Source: Azolla caroliniana
Lineage: Eukaryota > Plantae > Polypodiophyta
DNA length: 64,000 bases
Direction of reading: 5' to 3'
Assembly: GCA_043228905.1 (NCBI GenBank)
Contig: JBHGNT010000020.1
Span: forward strand, 11,222,001-11,286,000
The notes beneath the pieces are model-generated. The model was not told where the DNA came from. It ran no database searches and saw only the letters and a list, made by a program, of their open reading frames with translations. Below are positions 1-14,143 of the stretch, in pieces (position 1 is the stretch's first letter; each line of letters opens with the position of its first letter). The position numbers and the translations under genes were made by a program.

Positions 1-530
1 TAGTAACTTTATGAAGTGCTCATCCAAAAGAAAATATATGCCATAATTTATATGGTTTATGCACAATTATATGATCTGCAATGTAGGTTCCTAGCTAGTA
101 GCGATTAACAAGGATGAATCTTATGGTTTCAAATAAATGGGACATCCAAAATATATGCAATATGCACCAATTATTTTATGCTTTCACAAATTCAAAGTCC
201 CCCTCAATATTGAGCTACATTAATATTTTATTTAATAGTTTGAATTTGATTCACTTTTTTATATATAATGTAAATAATTAAAATAACTTCATCTTGCAAG
301 CATCATTGCTCAATGTTTATCAATGTTGGTATAAATTGTGATTAGTAAGAAGAGAAGGACCTCTTGGGTCATTCTTGATCACTTTGTTTAAAAAATGTTT
401 CTAGGTGATTCTATGAAATTTTATTTGTTGACTATCTAGAGTGAAGTCAGTCGAATGGCTCAACTAAATCCTACATCCTTCAAAATATTTAATTTTACAC
501 TAGCGTGCAAAGCTTATGACTTGACCAATG

Positions 531-930
531 TTCCTATGATCCATTTACGTTAAATCTATATAAGAAATTGGATTATGGCATTATATGATCATTTTAAGAA
601 TGATTTTGATAGATTCAGAGCGAGAAAGTTCTTTTGTCCATAATAATACAATAAAGACTTGAAAAAATACAAGACGGTAGTTACAAGCGTTACGCAATCG
701 ATTTTGGGAAGGATTCATGCACAACGTATCACAGGGACAAATGCACCTACTTCAATGATCCATTTATGTTTAAGCTATATAAGAAATTTGATTATGCATT
801 TTGCAATCATCTTAAGTATGACTTTCAAAGATTTAGAGTTGCAAAGTTATTTTGTCCATAGTACTATGATAAAGACTTGGACAAATACAAGAGAGTAATC
901 ACTAGTGTTACGCAATCATTTTGGGAACGA
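531..930. repeat. Diverged tandem duplication, about 220-bp unit, 2 copies
   Basis: ttcctatgatccatttacgttaaatctatataagaaattgg...gttacgcaatcgattttggga (from 531) aligns by eye with ttcaatgatccatttatgtttaagctatataagaaatttg...gttacgcaatcattttggga (from 751). Confidence 0.75.
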
Positions 931-2500
931 TAAGTGTGCAATATTGGGTAGTCAAGGAGAATGTAATATCTCACGACATACATGTTGAAATATCATCTTC
1001 ATATAATAATGTGTGTCGGTTTACATTTGTTTTTTCCCGTATTGGATTACATCCTCTTTCTATAACAAGTTACGAAAAAAATACAAGGCATTTTTTGTAA
1101 TATGATGTGGATTTATGAAAAATATCTTATATTCTGAGCAATTAAAAGAAATTTTAGAATGTTAATGGACTATCAAGTTAGAAATTTTCCACTCCGCGAA
1201 TTATACAAACAACTGGTATCATCCATGGATAAGCTTTGGCTTCTCAAGTCCATCATTAACTAGTTCTTAGACACTTTTTCATATGTTTGAACAAATCCTA
1301 CATGATTGAACCATATAAAATTATTTCCCCTAACATTATGGTGTTATGCATCTAGTTATTGTAACTCAAGAGTTAGAAATCCTCCCTTGGACAACACCAA
1401 TGGAAGACAGAGTTCAGTACATAATAAGCAAAAGCAAACCAAAAATGGACTAGAGAGGAATTGGAGTTATAAAACGATGTGACTTTGAGAAAAGGAAATG
1501 ATGTGCAGGTAAACATGAAAACCAACCTATTTTGTATTAGCTATTTTCCTTTACAATTTCAAAAACTTAACATTTCGCACCCTAAGGAATATTCTTTTGT
1601 CACGTAGGATTTTTTGAATACCTTTTCATTATTAAGGTTTTTTTTAAGCTTCAAATATCATTAGTTTTGTTAGTCAGCAATTTACGTTACAAAGTAGCTC
1701 CTAAAGTTCCGAATATTTCACCGATTATTGTGTGGCCCCACCATGAATCTTAGTGATAATCTAGAATCATTGGTTCTTCATATTATTGTAAACCAATAAA
1801 AAAAACTTTATCAACAATTGGCAGCCATGCATGCAATTTGCATTCGCACTACAAATACTTTTTTTACCTATTTTCTTGTTATGTAAATGCTTCAAAATAA
1901 GCATCTACAAGGAGGGATATAATACTAGATGTAAAGTTTAAATTCATTGAGCTTGGAGTCTGGACATTGATGATGCTTGAGTGAGTTTTTGTGCTTTCAG
2001 TTGACAATTAAAGTCTTAAAGATCCTTGGGTACATGTCTTTATTATATATTACCATTAATCTTGAAGCCAACTACCTAAGTTCACCCTACACATTGACTC
2101 CAATAGCTTATTGGGTATTAAGCTATCTCGTGTAAAGTAAGTGATGGGTATCATATTTGAGTTTCTTTCTAGCACTATATGTACGATGTAATCTATTTGA
2201 GCTATTCATTCTCTCTTATGAATAACAATTATTTGAAATATTGAGATTGTGGAAGTTCCTTTGAATATTTGGAATGATAGTGATTAGTTATACATTTCTC
2301 TACTTTAGAGAAAAGAAAGGTGGCCATGTTCACATTCAACGTAGTAGTGCTTTTGTTCATAAGAAACTTAAATGCCACAATTTATCATAGCCAATGAGAA
2401 AAAAATATTATTCCAATTTTGAAGTTTAAATGAGACATTATAAACAAAGCGAAATGTGTCACATCGCTAACTCATGAGTATGCTAAAGTGATTCAATCAC

Positions 2501-2564
2501 TAGCTACCACTAATTGTAGTGATGCCTTAGCTACCAGTAATTATGGTGATGCCCTAGTTACCAC
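2501..2564. repeat. 27-bp tandem repeat, about 2.3 copies
   Basis: tagctaccactaattgtagtgatgcct / tagctaccagtaattatggtgatgccc / tagttaccac at 2501, 2528 and 2555. Confidence 0.7.
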
Positions 2565-4342
2565 AAGTTTCCTATGGCACAAGAGTATACATGTCAATGT
2601 TTTTAGACAGTGGAAAACCACTTGTTCCAAACTTAATGTTAGTATGCCTTCTTATTACAATGCACATTTCTCACTTGTACAGAAATGTTTGTTTACCACC
2701 AATATTGGGGCCACTAGCAATAATAGTTGTTAAAGCATGCATATGCCAAAAAACATTATTAGAGAAAGACAAGAATAACAAACAACTTAATATTATCAAC
2801 AAGTTATAGATATTGATAAGAACTACACATATGATTGACTACAATAGGAACCCTTATCTTTTTTGAGCTTTTAGCTAAACTTTCGAATATATACTTTGCC
2901 ATTTATAGAACCAATGCTCCTAAATAACAATAGTGAGTTAACTACACAATATTGTTATCTAACAAACAAATAATCTACAAACAAAACATGTTTATCATGT
3001 TGTGTAAATATGCTTGTCCTATCATATAGCATAGAAATGAGCGTAGAATAAGTTAAAAGATTTTGAATGGACTTCAGAATGTTGTCAAGACAATATGATA
3101 TACAATTTTTAAAGAGTAAATAAGAAGTAGTGTGTATTCCATCTTTCTCTTAATAATGTTAACGTGATATCTTGATGATATATTAGCATTCACCAAAACA
3201 AACGACTTACAATAGCTCATTACAAGTCAAAGTTGTCATCGTCAAGGATAAAAGAGAAAAAATATGCTTGAAATAAAGAGGCAACTTAACGACACACGCC
3301 TTTATTACTTGTTCTTCGAGTTTGGTTAAATTCTCGAATGAAATTAAGACTTGGTGCCACTGAAATGTGAGAATCTCAACTATCCTCATCAACCCACTTT
3401 AACAATATTAAGAAATTCTATTTCAAGTGAAATTTATTCACTTCAATCAATACTTGATCAATCTACTTCAATGTTAGCCAATATGGAAGTCTTTATCTTT
3501 ATTCACAATCCTCGTTCAATTATATCAAAGCTAGGAGAACAAACTCTCATCACTCAACATTCTCCTTCAACATGGTTTCTAGTCACTTCAGGCGAGTGTG
3601 CATGTGTGTAATTATCTCATGATGTGTCTAACCTATATTGGCACTAAAGTTCATATGTGCATCATACATGGGCATGCACTTACAATTTCAAAATTATTGT
3701 AGACGTCCCACATGCACTGTGTGGATGTACTTTCCTATAAAAATGGATATTGATATTCTCTCATTCAAAAAGTTCATCATCAATCAATTTCGTCTCATCT
3801 AGTGGATCTTTGGTTGATTATCTTTGTGGTTCTTTCTTCTCTTAATTGTGAGTGTGTGTTTTCATCGATCCTTAGTCTAAAGGATCAACATGTTTAACAA
3901 GGTGTTTGCACATGTGTTGTCTTTCAAGTAAAATTAGTAGTAGCCTTTATTTTTTAATAGTGCATATTTACTTCTTTTTCCTTGTTACCGTATTAGGTTA
4001 ATATTGTATCATTGATTTCATGTTGGTGTCAAGATGGAGTTGAAACTATGCTCATTAATGTGAGAGAAAGAGTCTCTTGACTACTAGAAAGAAATAGAGA
4101 GCGCCGAAAAGGACTCATCGCCCCATCATAAAGGAATATTAAATAGCATAATGAATTGTTTGAGTTGAATTTCAGAAAGTGAAGAGAATGAGCAATCAAT
4201 CAAGGATGCTATCATCGAGAGATTCTTAACTTCTAAGAAATGTTGTAGAAAATTTAGAGCCAAAATTTAAAGAAAAGGGGTTCTACTCTAGCAAACAAGG
4301 AAGTAGGGAAAACTATATTAAACGGCTACAAGGAGCACATGT

Positions 4343-4345
<3 letters not shown>

Positions 4346-4387
<42 letters not shown>
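4346..4387. repeat. (GA)21 microsatellite
   Basis: Direct reading. Confidence 0.95.
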
Positions 4388-4390
<3 letters not shown>

Positions 4391-4552
4391 ACAAAAATAG
4401 GTGCCTCGTTCACATGAGGAGCCATTGGGGTCTAGAGTATTGCATTCCCATAGTAATTCATATGCAATCTTAGGGGATTTATTTCAGGATATGGCAGAAA
4501 CATTAGCAGTGAAGGAGAAGGAGATTTCTCGAATAAAAGGAAAAAATAAAGT

Positions 4553-7500
4553 ATGAAGATCACCACATGGAATGTGAGAGGATTGTGTTCTAAATTTAGA
4601 ATGCATGAGGTTTGGAGTGCAGTAGAGCATAAAGATCATCATAATGCTGGTTTAATTAGTTATTCTAAGGGTTATACATTATGTTATGTTGGCAAGGTTC
4701 ATGGGGATTATTCTGGGATTGTCATGTTTATAAGAGATAAATTTCACCAAAAAGTAATTGTTTCAGATGAATTTGGAAGATTTATTGTGGTAGAGATATG
4801 TTATGAAGTGTAAGCTCTTTGGTTAGTTGGTGTGTAATATGTATGCATAAAATGTTTCACAAGAACGAAAGTTGTTATGGAGATCTCTAAACTCAATGAT
4901 TGAAAATGGTAGACCCGGTTTATTGATGGGAGATTTTAATGTTTGTTGTGAGACAGATCAATCAACATCTATCCACTCTATTATGGATGGACCAGAGGCT
5001 CAAGAATGGGGAGATTTTGAGACTGAAGTCATGTTAAGGGATGTATGGAAATGGATCAAGGGAGATAAACTTGGTTATACCTTTCAATCGGCTCAATATA
5101 AGGATACTTGGAGTAGGTTGGATCGAATGTATGTAATGCATATTGAAAGTTTTTTACCAGAGATTTTGGATATTTCAGTGTCATATGGGTCAATTATATC
5201 ATATCATTTCTCATTAAGTTTTGAGTTCAATCACCACTCAATTAGAGGTTTTCATGAGTTTTTAGGAAAACCACCGTTGATTTTTAATTCATCATTTTTG
5301 GATCATGAGGTCTTCCATGCCTATATGTGTCAATTGATTGATGCATTTGCCAATCATGTTCAATTTGATGGGTATGAAGCGTGGGAAGTATTTGTTGCAA
5401 ATGTTCAGAGGTTAACTAAATATTATGGAATTCACCATGCTTTTAAAAGGAAAAAGAAATTAAGTCTCCTAGTTAATTTTCTTGATAAATGCAACTCATT
5501 GTTAACTTATTGACCAACGGATGTAGACTTGATGGGATATCAAGAGGTATTAATTTCTGCAATGCATGACCTAACGACAAAAAATTATCAACATGCTAGA
5601 TTACATCGTCTAAGACAAGAAGTGGATGATGCTAATTGTCAATCACATAAGTTTTTTCATGACCTTCATGAATCACATGCACGACATAATGTGGTAAGGT
5701 TAGAGGAAAATGGTATCATGTGTTCCGATCCTCAAGAAATTGTGAAGAAATTCATAGAATATTATACACAATTGTTGGATGTACAAGCGTGTATCGATGA
5801 TAATGTTAAAAAGGATAGAGATGTAATTTTTAAAGGAGTGAAAAATCATGTATTGCATGATGTGGCACAATCATTAGATGCTAATATTTCAGAGGATGAG
5901 GTGGAACATGTCATGTCACATCTTGCTAATGATAAGAGTCTTGGGTGGGATGGATTAACACATGAACTCTTTAAGAAATATGCGATTAAGTTAAAGGGGC
6001 CTTTTACGCTTTTATTTCAGAAGGTGTGGACATCAAAGGAAATGCCTCATTCTTGGAAGATTGGTTTGATCAAGCTTTTGTCGAAGGTGCCTTCTCCATC
6101 TTCCTTTGCTCAATGGAGGCCTATTTCATTGATGGGGGTAATGTACAAGATTTTTGCAAAAGTGATGGCCAATAGGTTGCATAAAGTTTTACCTTCTATT
6201 ATTCATAATGCTCAATATGGGTTTTTAGCAAAAAGAGGCATTTTACACTATTTTAAATGTTCAAATGGCAATTGACTATGCAAAGGAGGCTAAACAAGAA
6301 TTAGTGTTGCTACAATTGGATATCGAGAAAGTCTATGATAATGTGGATTGGTCATTTATAAATCAATTGATGTCTCATATGGGTTTTGGTGATCGTATGT
6401 CTAAGTTGATATACACATTAGGGGAGGGTTTGGTTTCACATGTGATGTTTAATGGAGGAGTAACACATCCGATTTCTATTCGGAGGTCAGTTAGACAAGG
6501 ATGCCCGGTAAATCCTTTACTATTCACTATTGTGACACATCCTATTCTTGTTAAGTTATACAATATGGCTATGGAGGAAGAATTGCTTGGACTAAGGTTG
6601 CCATCAGGGAAACCATGGATTGTTCAAGCTCTCGCAGATGACCATATTATGTTTTTGGCAGTCGACATCAGGGAAAATATTAGTAAGACAAGATATGTGT
6701 GGGAATTGTTTTCAAATGCTTCAGGATTGAGAATTAATATACATAAATCTATCCTCATTTCATGTACAAAACAAGATGGGTTAGGGTTGGGGTGGTTAGG
6801 AAGGATAGTACATCGTGGTATGATGTGTCGTCACCTTAGATATCCAATTGGGGTGTAAGTTTCTCACGTGAAACTTATTGAGTGGGTATCCAAAAGGTTG
6901 GAGGATAAGTTTATGTATTGGAGGTCTCAAATTTGGCCTTTTCATTTATGACTTAAGGTGGTCCAATTGATTATGGTCTCTATGGTATCTTATTATCTTC
7001 CTTTGCTCCCATGGTCAAAGAAATCTCTTGAAATTTTGACACGCTCGATGCAAATGTTGTTATGGAAAAGAAAAGGGAAAAGTGTCTTGTCATGGTTGGC
7101 ATGGGATCATGTTTGTACTCCGAAGCGTCTTGGTGGGGCATCAATATTGAATCTATATGAGCATATGGTGGCTCGTCAATTTGCTTTCATTCGATTCATG
7201 TTTGAAGGTGTACAACCTTGGACAGAAATGGTGGCATACTTTATAGTGAAGAACGGAATAAAGCTTGGAAACATGAATGTTGAAGCGAATTGGTGGAATG
7301 TAATTAATTCTAACATGGATGTCAAATGTACAAGGTCTATGATAGTTAATCATTTGTTGACATCTTGGCAAAGTATGTTGGATTTTGTGGAATGGCATTC
7401 CCCACAAGAAAGGGAATGTGCCAATTCATTACAAATGGAGGTTTTGGCAACATCAAGGTTGTTGAGGTGGGAAGGTAAACAAATTCTTAACCTTCAATTT

Positions 7501-8706
7501 AATCGATGGCTAGATTGGGTTTGGTAACAATTAAGGATGCTATATTGGTTTCACAAAGAAGATTAATTGTCATGAAGACAACATTTTGGTTATCAAGAAT
7601 CGAACCCACGACTTCTTGGTCTATGTGTTGAACCCTTAACCATTGTAATAACATATATGTTGTGTGATTACAATAATATGTTTCTAGTTATTACAAGATA
7701 TTAGAATATTCTAGAACATTCTAGATTATTCAACATTTTGGTTATCAAGAATCGAAGCCACGACTTCTTATAACCAAAATGTTGTCTTCATGACATTAAT
7801 GGCTTTTCGAACAATAAGATCAACATTTCGTATTCCAAATGGTTACAACTTTATTTGGGATAAGTTGCAACAAATACTATCTTCGCATGAGCCAATTCCT
7901 GATTTAGATGGGCGATCTCAAGAGCTTGATTGGAGGTTTGTTGGAAATAAGAGATTGACTATGATCTCAACGAATGTTGCTTATCACAATTTGATTGACA
8001 AACATAAGTGGTTGGAAGAAAGGGTTATAAAGATATGGGGTTTTCATAAGCCCATTACTTGGTGGTTTCATGTGATCAAGGTAGGTTGGTGTTCTCGATT
8101 GATGCTACGAGCCAAGGTAGTTTGTTTGGAGAGTTATGGTTGGAGCTTTACCATTAGGGGATGCATTAAAAAAAAGAAACATTACTAAAGTATTGTGTTT
8201 CTTTTGTTCGATGGAATTGGAACATAGTAGGCATCGATTTATTTTATGCCCGATGACAAGGATGGTTTGGAGGTGTATCAGTTTAGTGTGGATGTCTCTA
8301 ACAGGAGTAAGTCTATCTTCCTTCAGTTGGGTTTTGGCATATATGGAGAACAATGAACCGATGCCTCATTTTCAAATTATTTTTGAGTTCTCGAGGTATT
8401 GGGGGCTATGGTTCAATTGGAATATGCGGAATGCCTTCATTTTTTATTCGCAAGTTGGGGTGAGAAAATATGTTCTAAAGTTAAAAGGACTTCTTTTGTG
8501 GCAATTGACAGTGCTAGAGAAGTCAGGAAGAGAGAGAACTCTACAAGGTCACATATCATCATACTCACCATTTGAATTGGTGTTAGTATTCTTTAGATCC
8601 CTAGATAGAAGGGTTCTATACTTTGTAGTAAGTTAGTCATGGTGGTGTTTTTTTCTTTCGTAATGAAAGCCATTATTTACGAAAGAGAGAGAGAGAGAGA
8701 GAGAGA
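4553..8706 (+). mobile_element. Decayed non-LTR retrotransposon (L1/Tx1-like LINE ORF2: APE endonuclease, RT, C-terminal zinc finger)
   Basis: Consecutive frameshifted ORFs carry APE motifs (MKITTWNVRGL, LMGDFN, YTF..SRLDRMY), RT motifs (WRPISLMGVMYKIFAKVMANRL, QYGF, LDIEKVYDNVDW, SVRQGCPVNPLL, ADD), the W..VCTPKRLGG motif and a zf-RVT-like CFFC..E...H.FILC. The element ends in a (GA)11 tract at 8685-8706. Confidence 0.92.
7568..7795. mobile_element. 228-bp non-autonomous insertion in the LINE, with TG..CA ends, 26-bp TIRs and 5-bp TSD
   Basis: tgtcatgaagacaacattttggttat (7568-7593) is the exact reverse complement of ataaccaaaatgttgtcttcatgaca (7770-7795). TTAAT flanks both sides (7563-7567, 7796-7800). 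Confidence 0.88.
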
Positions 8707-10351
8707 TTCAATTATCATTTTCTGAGTTCAAATATGACCTATGAGATGAGGCCTGGACCATGTGCGGATCAAACTTCGGTTCTCACAATTTTATGACTTT
8801 GATGCTACAGTGCAAACAACCAAGCCAATAGAGAGAGAGAAGGTTAAAATATTTGGAAGAGGTGACACAATGACGACTATATCTCTTGATGTGGACAATG
8901 TATACCTTTAATGCTATGATAACACTAAAGAAAAAGAAGAGTATCGCTTCATGAAATTTTACATCTTACAAACTGGACCTTTCCACACTCAATCTTATTG
9001 CATTGGCAACACTCAAAAGTCCAACTTTTCATATAGTTTTCCTTCTCATGCATAAAATGTTTGCATATTCTTGTCTCATCAACACACCTTCAAAAAGTGC
9101 ATGTAGTAAATATCTACAAACCTTTTCTCTTGTTATAATCACTATCTCATGGCACCATATGATGTTACACCTAACTTGGTGTGGTTATTATATACCTTTC
9201 TTTCTAGGGCCATCATAAAAGAAGGGGTGGGGGATATTTCAGAGAAACTCTTACATTTTCAACCATTGCTTATGTTTGTTTGGATTACTGCATGCTCATA
9301 TAATATTAATAAACCATGTTATGTTGGACAAGTATATTTTTTTATCCTGTCCCTTTTTCATATACGAATACATTGTTGTTTGGTCTGTCTTCGATCCAAT
9401 CACATCTAACCTGAGGAGTAAAATTCATATAGGCACGCAACTATAGAAACAAAGTATGAAAGATTGGTGGATAGTAGATACGTCTCATTTGAAACATCAA
9501 ATTCAAAGACTAAACTAGAGTTGTCTAATAAAAAGACATTCTTCTCTTGATTGAAAATGAGATCATCTCCTTCAATAGTTCAATTGTACATATACTTTTT
9601 TGATTCCTTCATTTATCAATTGTACTTATGCTCTCTTTGTTTAAGCCCTCATTAGTCATTGACTCTCAATTCCTAACAATCAACATTTTCAACAATCATG
9701 CTTGACTTACCTTCTACATTCAAATGCTATTTTAAGTATTTGTCAATGAATCCACACTTGCTTCAAGGTAATACTCGGTTCACGAAACAAACATAAATGA
9801 GTGCCTGGTGAATCAGTTAGACAATAAGATCTCACATTTAATTGCAATATTCCAACTTTGATGTAGTAGTCTAACATCAGTTGTTTAATACATGTCATAC
9901 AATATTTCTTCATGTATTTCTCCATCAAAGAATCAAATATGTTCTTCTTGAATATTGTGAACGCATTTAGTTCAAGTATCCCATGATGTTGAAACACAAA
10001 GGTAATACATACTTCAAAGTTCACATCAATGAAAAATTATGTATATAACACGAGTTCCATAATTAATGAGTATGGTATGAATGCATTTGGCAAACATGTG
10101 TAAGAACTTCCCTAAAGATTTACAAATTCAAACATGAAAGTGACCATAGTGCAATGCACACACACACGGAAATTGTGTAGAGAAGTTAGAGTAATTACTC
10201 ACAAAATACAACCAGTTTTTAGGTGAGAAAAATTGATAGGTTAGAAGTATTCACAAATATGAAAGAGGTGACCAACATGTGCATAGGACTCACATGTGCA
10301 CAACCCAATGGTAGATAGTTTATTTAGTGAACATCCTTCTTTGGGATTAGG

Positions 10352-10898
10352 TAGCAATGGGCTTGGTTTCGGCTCAAACCAAACCAAACCAAACCGTTAA
10401 GCCATGGTTTAAAGGTTTATAAGTTCCAAAATAATTAAATGGTTTGGTTTGGTTTTAATTATTAATAAACGGTTCGGTTTGGTTCTGAAATTGGGGTTTA
10501 TCGGTTTATTGGTTTAAAGGTTTATAGGTTTTTGGGCTAACTTCTTTTATCCCTTAAATGTTTATTTAATTTTAATGACTTAATTAATGTTTATTTATTT
10601 AATTAATTAATTACACATAAATGCTTATTTAATTTAGTGTATTTTTATTTATTTAATTATTTAATTAATTTGGCTTAAATGTGGTTAGGTTTAAACTTTT
10701 TATTAAATGGCTCGGTTTGGTTTCAACTTTTCCCTAAACGGTTTTGGTTTAAATAGTTTGGTTTTCCTTTTCTTAAATGGTTTGGTTTAATGGCTTAAAA
10801 GTTCATAAACAGTTTGGTTTGGTTTTTGTTTTATATAAATGGTTTGGTTCAGTTCGATTTGGTTTCAAGGCAAAGAAACCGAACCGGGCCCATTGCTA
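10352..10898. mobile_element. hAT-superfamily MITE
   Basis: TIRs TAGCAATGGGC...GCCCATTGCTA, perfect 8-bp TSD GGATTAGG (10344-10351, 10899-10906), many subterminal AAACC/GGTTT motifs and an AT-rich core. Confidence 0.9.
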
Positions 10899-13804
10899 GG
10901 ATTAGGGGTGGGAGATTGTTCAATCTCTACTAGTTTTTTGTGAAGCATTTTGGCCTTATTTAAAATTAAATCCCAAAAAAGAAGCATTTTTTCAAATGGT
11001 TAAGAGCCAATGTTTACTTCTATTTTACAATAAACAAGCTCATAAAAATAAACAAACTGTGGAGATTTCATCAAAACATTCAACCCATGATCCATCCAAA
11101 TTTGTAGCCCATCCAATGTTTATGCCAACATGTATGTTCTCTAGGTTCTCTAATGAATCAAAGTATACATATCATTTACCGTCGTCTTATGTTGACATGG
11201 GTAGATTCAGAAGTGTTTCATTCTCACATAATCTCTTGAGGTGGATGCATGCATCTATGATATTATTATCATGACGAAACGATGAATCATTATGTTACAC
11301 AAATATTAACCATTTTCTCTACTCATGGTCACCTTTGAATTTTATGTTTCATGAAAGAGATTGCTTCTCAATTAGAATAGGAGAATGCTCACCACGAAAG
11401 CGACCGCTATATGCACACTAATTAATAGACAAATTAGCATATTAACCGTCGTTCATAAGAAAATAGTGACTACAACAATGTAAATGAGATCAAAGGTATC
11501 ACATCCGAAAGAATAATGTGAAAGCATTTCCTTTATGAAACATGGAAGAGAGTTTTGACCTCCCGCGTAGAGGTTTGCAAGGTTGCATAGTTGAAATAAT
11601 GAGATGCAAATATGTTATGTATTTTGTCTGAGTGACACGATACGCTCCAAAAACAAATATGGCCTCACCAAATTTGAATTGAGATAGTTTTCATCATGGA
11701 AAGAATGAAAAATCAGATAACAATGCTAGATAAAGGCAATACCAGCGAACATGGGCACAGGTGGGTGTTAAATCTCACCCTTTTTGTGAATCGATTAGGA
11801 ATAGGTGGTATCACTTGAACAACAACTTAATTATGTTGATTGGTCATTAATTAACTCTATGAGAAAAATTGAATGGTTATGTTGACTTACAATGATGTGA
11901 GTCAACATCCCCCAAAAGAAAATATGGTTTGTATAAGTAGCGAATTGAACTATGACAAACTAGTTTGGTTTACATTAGATCTATGACAAACGATTACATA
12001 TTTTGTGTGAGAATGCCAAAGGGTTGCCCACATGCTCAATTTTAGATACGAAAACTTTTCAACTTAGGCATCAACTTCGAAGCCTCCAATGTATCATCCA
12101 AGTTTAGTGGCTATTATTGGTATTAAGAAAATGTCGCTAATATTATATAATGAGCTTTGATATCATATTTCCTTAACTATTATACTCCTTAGTAAGGATA
12201 TCCACGTATATTATTTGTAAAAAGATTCGTTATCAAGCATGCATTGAAGCAACTTGCAAGACTAATAAGGACATCTTAGGTGGCAAATGATATGAGAGAA
12301 GATCCCACACACGCATAAAGTTGAGCCCACTTGACTAAGTGACATCTTATTTGATAGACTGATGAAAACTAGATCATTACAATGATGTGGACATTTCAAC
12401 GTAAACTAGCAAGATACTTAATGATGGAGTTCGACGTGCTCTTGGAAAAAGGACGCCAAGGGGTATATATTCTAGTTTAATTAGGGCTTTGTTCAAAAGG
12501 AAAAGGAGGCGGATTTGAGGAGTTTTGTACCACGTTGTTTCACAGTCAAAAGGTAATTTTATATCAAACGTTTACCGGTTGTCACTTGATGTGTCAATGT
12601 GTCTTCTCTCCACGTGTTATAGGTTGTAGCTTGAAACAAGTTCAACGTTTTTTTTAGACTTTTCATTGGATTAAATCGAATGCCTTAATGCCATTAGCTC
12701 AATAATTAAACAAATACTCCTTCTATGGATATTAATGAGAATAATCCAATTGGAGTTAATAAGGTATATTTTCTGCTTCTTTGGTAAGCTCCCTATCCCC
12801 TTCTCATGGTATGTTCCTCTAGAATTAGGTTGGACTTTGGATGAGGTTGCTTTACTATAGGTCTACTGTCTATGTGTGTTTTGGTGGCACTATTCATATT
12901 TGACTCTTCAAGGATGATAATAGATTAGTGCGATGTCCCATGTAGTTGAACATGCAACTATATTGAGCCATACTGACATCCACCAACCATCCAATTAGTG
13001 GGCCATGAGTCATAGTAGCTAACCCATAACCATGCTTGCAACACCATTGGCATCTAGTTACACATATTTGGTGCAAAGAAAGTGAAGGTATGGCAAACAT
13101 TCAAGGTAAAGACGTTCATACTAGCCCATATGACCATGCATTATCACACCCCACTAAATATATACTAGAACCCTAAGGGTTAATATCGTTCCACAAAGTG
13201 ATCAAGTAGAACAAGGAAGATGATATGTGAGAACTACAAACTTATAGTTGCACAGGTTCAAAACCATGAGGAAAGAAAGATTAGACAAACATCAAAACAA
13301 CCGAGGTTTGCATGCAACATATATTTTCGTTACGAATATTTAGGCATGTACATGGAATATCATTCGGAATCCACTACATGGTTCCTTTACATCTTCCAAA
13401 ATGGTACACCACATGGGCACCCAAACGTGCCACACTTGTGTCCACATGTCATCTAATAATTGTGCTTCCATTTTGCACATGTCGCCCAATCAGTAGGCCA
13501 AAAAAAGTTGTTGACAACACGCGAGGAGGCCGAGTCAAAATGTGTATATCTTCATAACGACGAATGGGCATCCAAAGTGAGATGTGCTTGTGTCATCCCG
13601 TAGTTCGATATCTTTGGCGAGAACTCTTCGTTTGTGTGGAGGCGAAAGAGTCAACATTAGTGCTTTTGTCAAGCTCACAGACACAATCTCTCTCTCCCCC
13701 TCTCATGTGCAAACCGTTTTGTTTTATTATACAGGTTCTTCCTCTCCCTCACACTCCCACACACACTAATTCATGTAGGAACCCTTTTGTTTTATTATAT
13801 AAGT

Positions 13805-14104
13805 CTCTCTCTCTCTCTCTCTCTCTCATGCACATAGGCACACACATAATGGTACACTCTCAATTGCGATGTTCTATTAGTAAAATCGCCAAACATCAAG
13901 AGTTAGTCGAATGAAACTTTGCACAAGGACGTTTCGGTTCAGGTTGCAAAGACCTTACGTTTGTCGCCATTTTGGCGGCCTTACCAAGTGACCCACAACA
14001 ATAATCTAGGCTTTTCACCTCTCTCCCTCTCTCTCTCTCTCTATATATATATACATATATGTATACACATGTACGTATGTATACTTCAATACACACACAC
14101 ACAC

Positions 14105-14143
<39 letters not shown>

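Noticed and set aside
3200-3760. Possible decayed DNA-transposase remnant
   Set aside because: No convincing catalytic motif, TIR or TSD.
7594-7650. Functional tRNA gene
   Set aside because: No acceptor stem or proper anticodon arm; only A/B-box-like similarity within a mobile element.
8900-10100. Faint Copia-RT-like peptides on the minus strand (FFDGEIHEEIL, RSYCLTDSP), with similar hints on the plus strand at 11.4-12.5 kb
   Set aside because: Too degenerate to support by eye; needs a profile-HMM search.
12600-13460. G-box/ABRE-like ACGTG motifs upstream of the NAC gene
   Set aside because: Short motifs expected by chance, with no conservation data.
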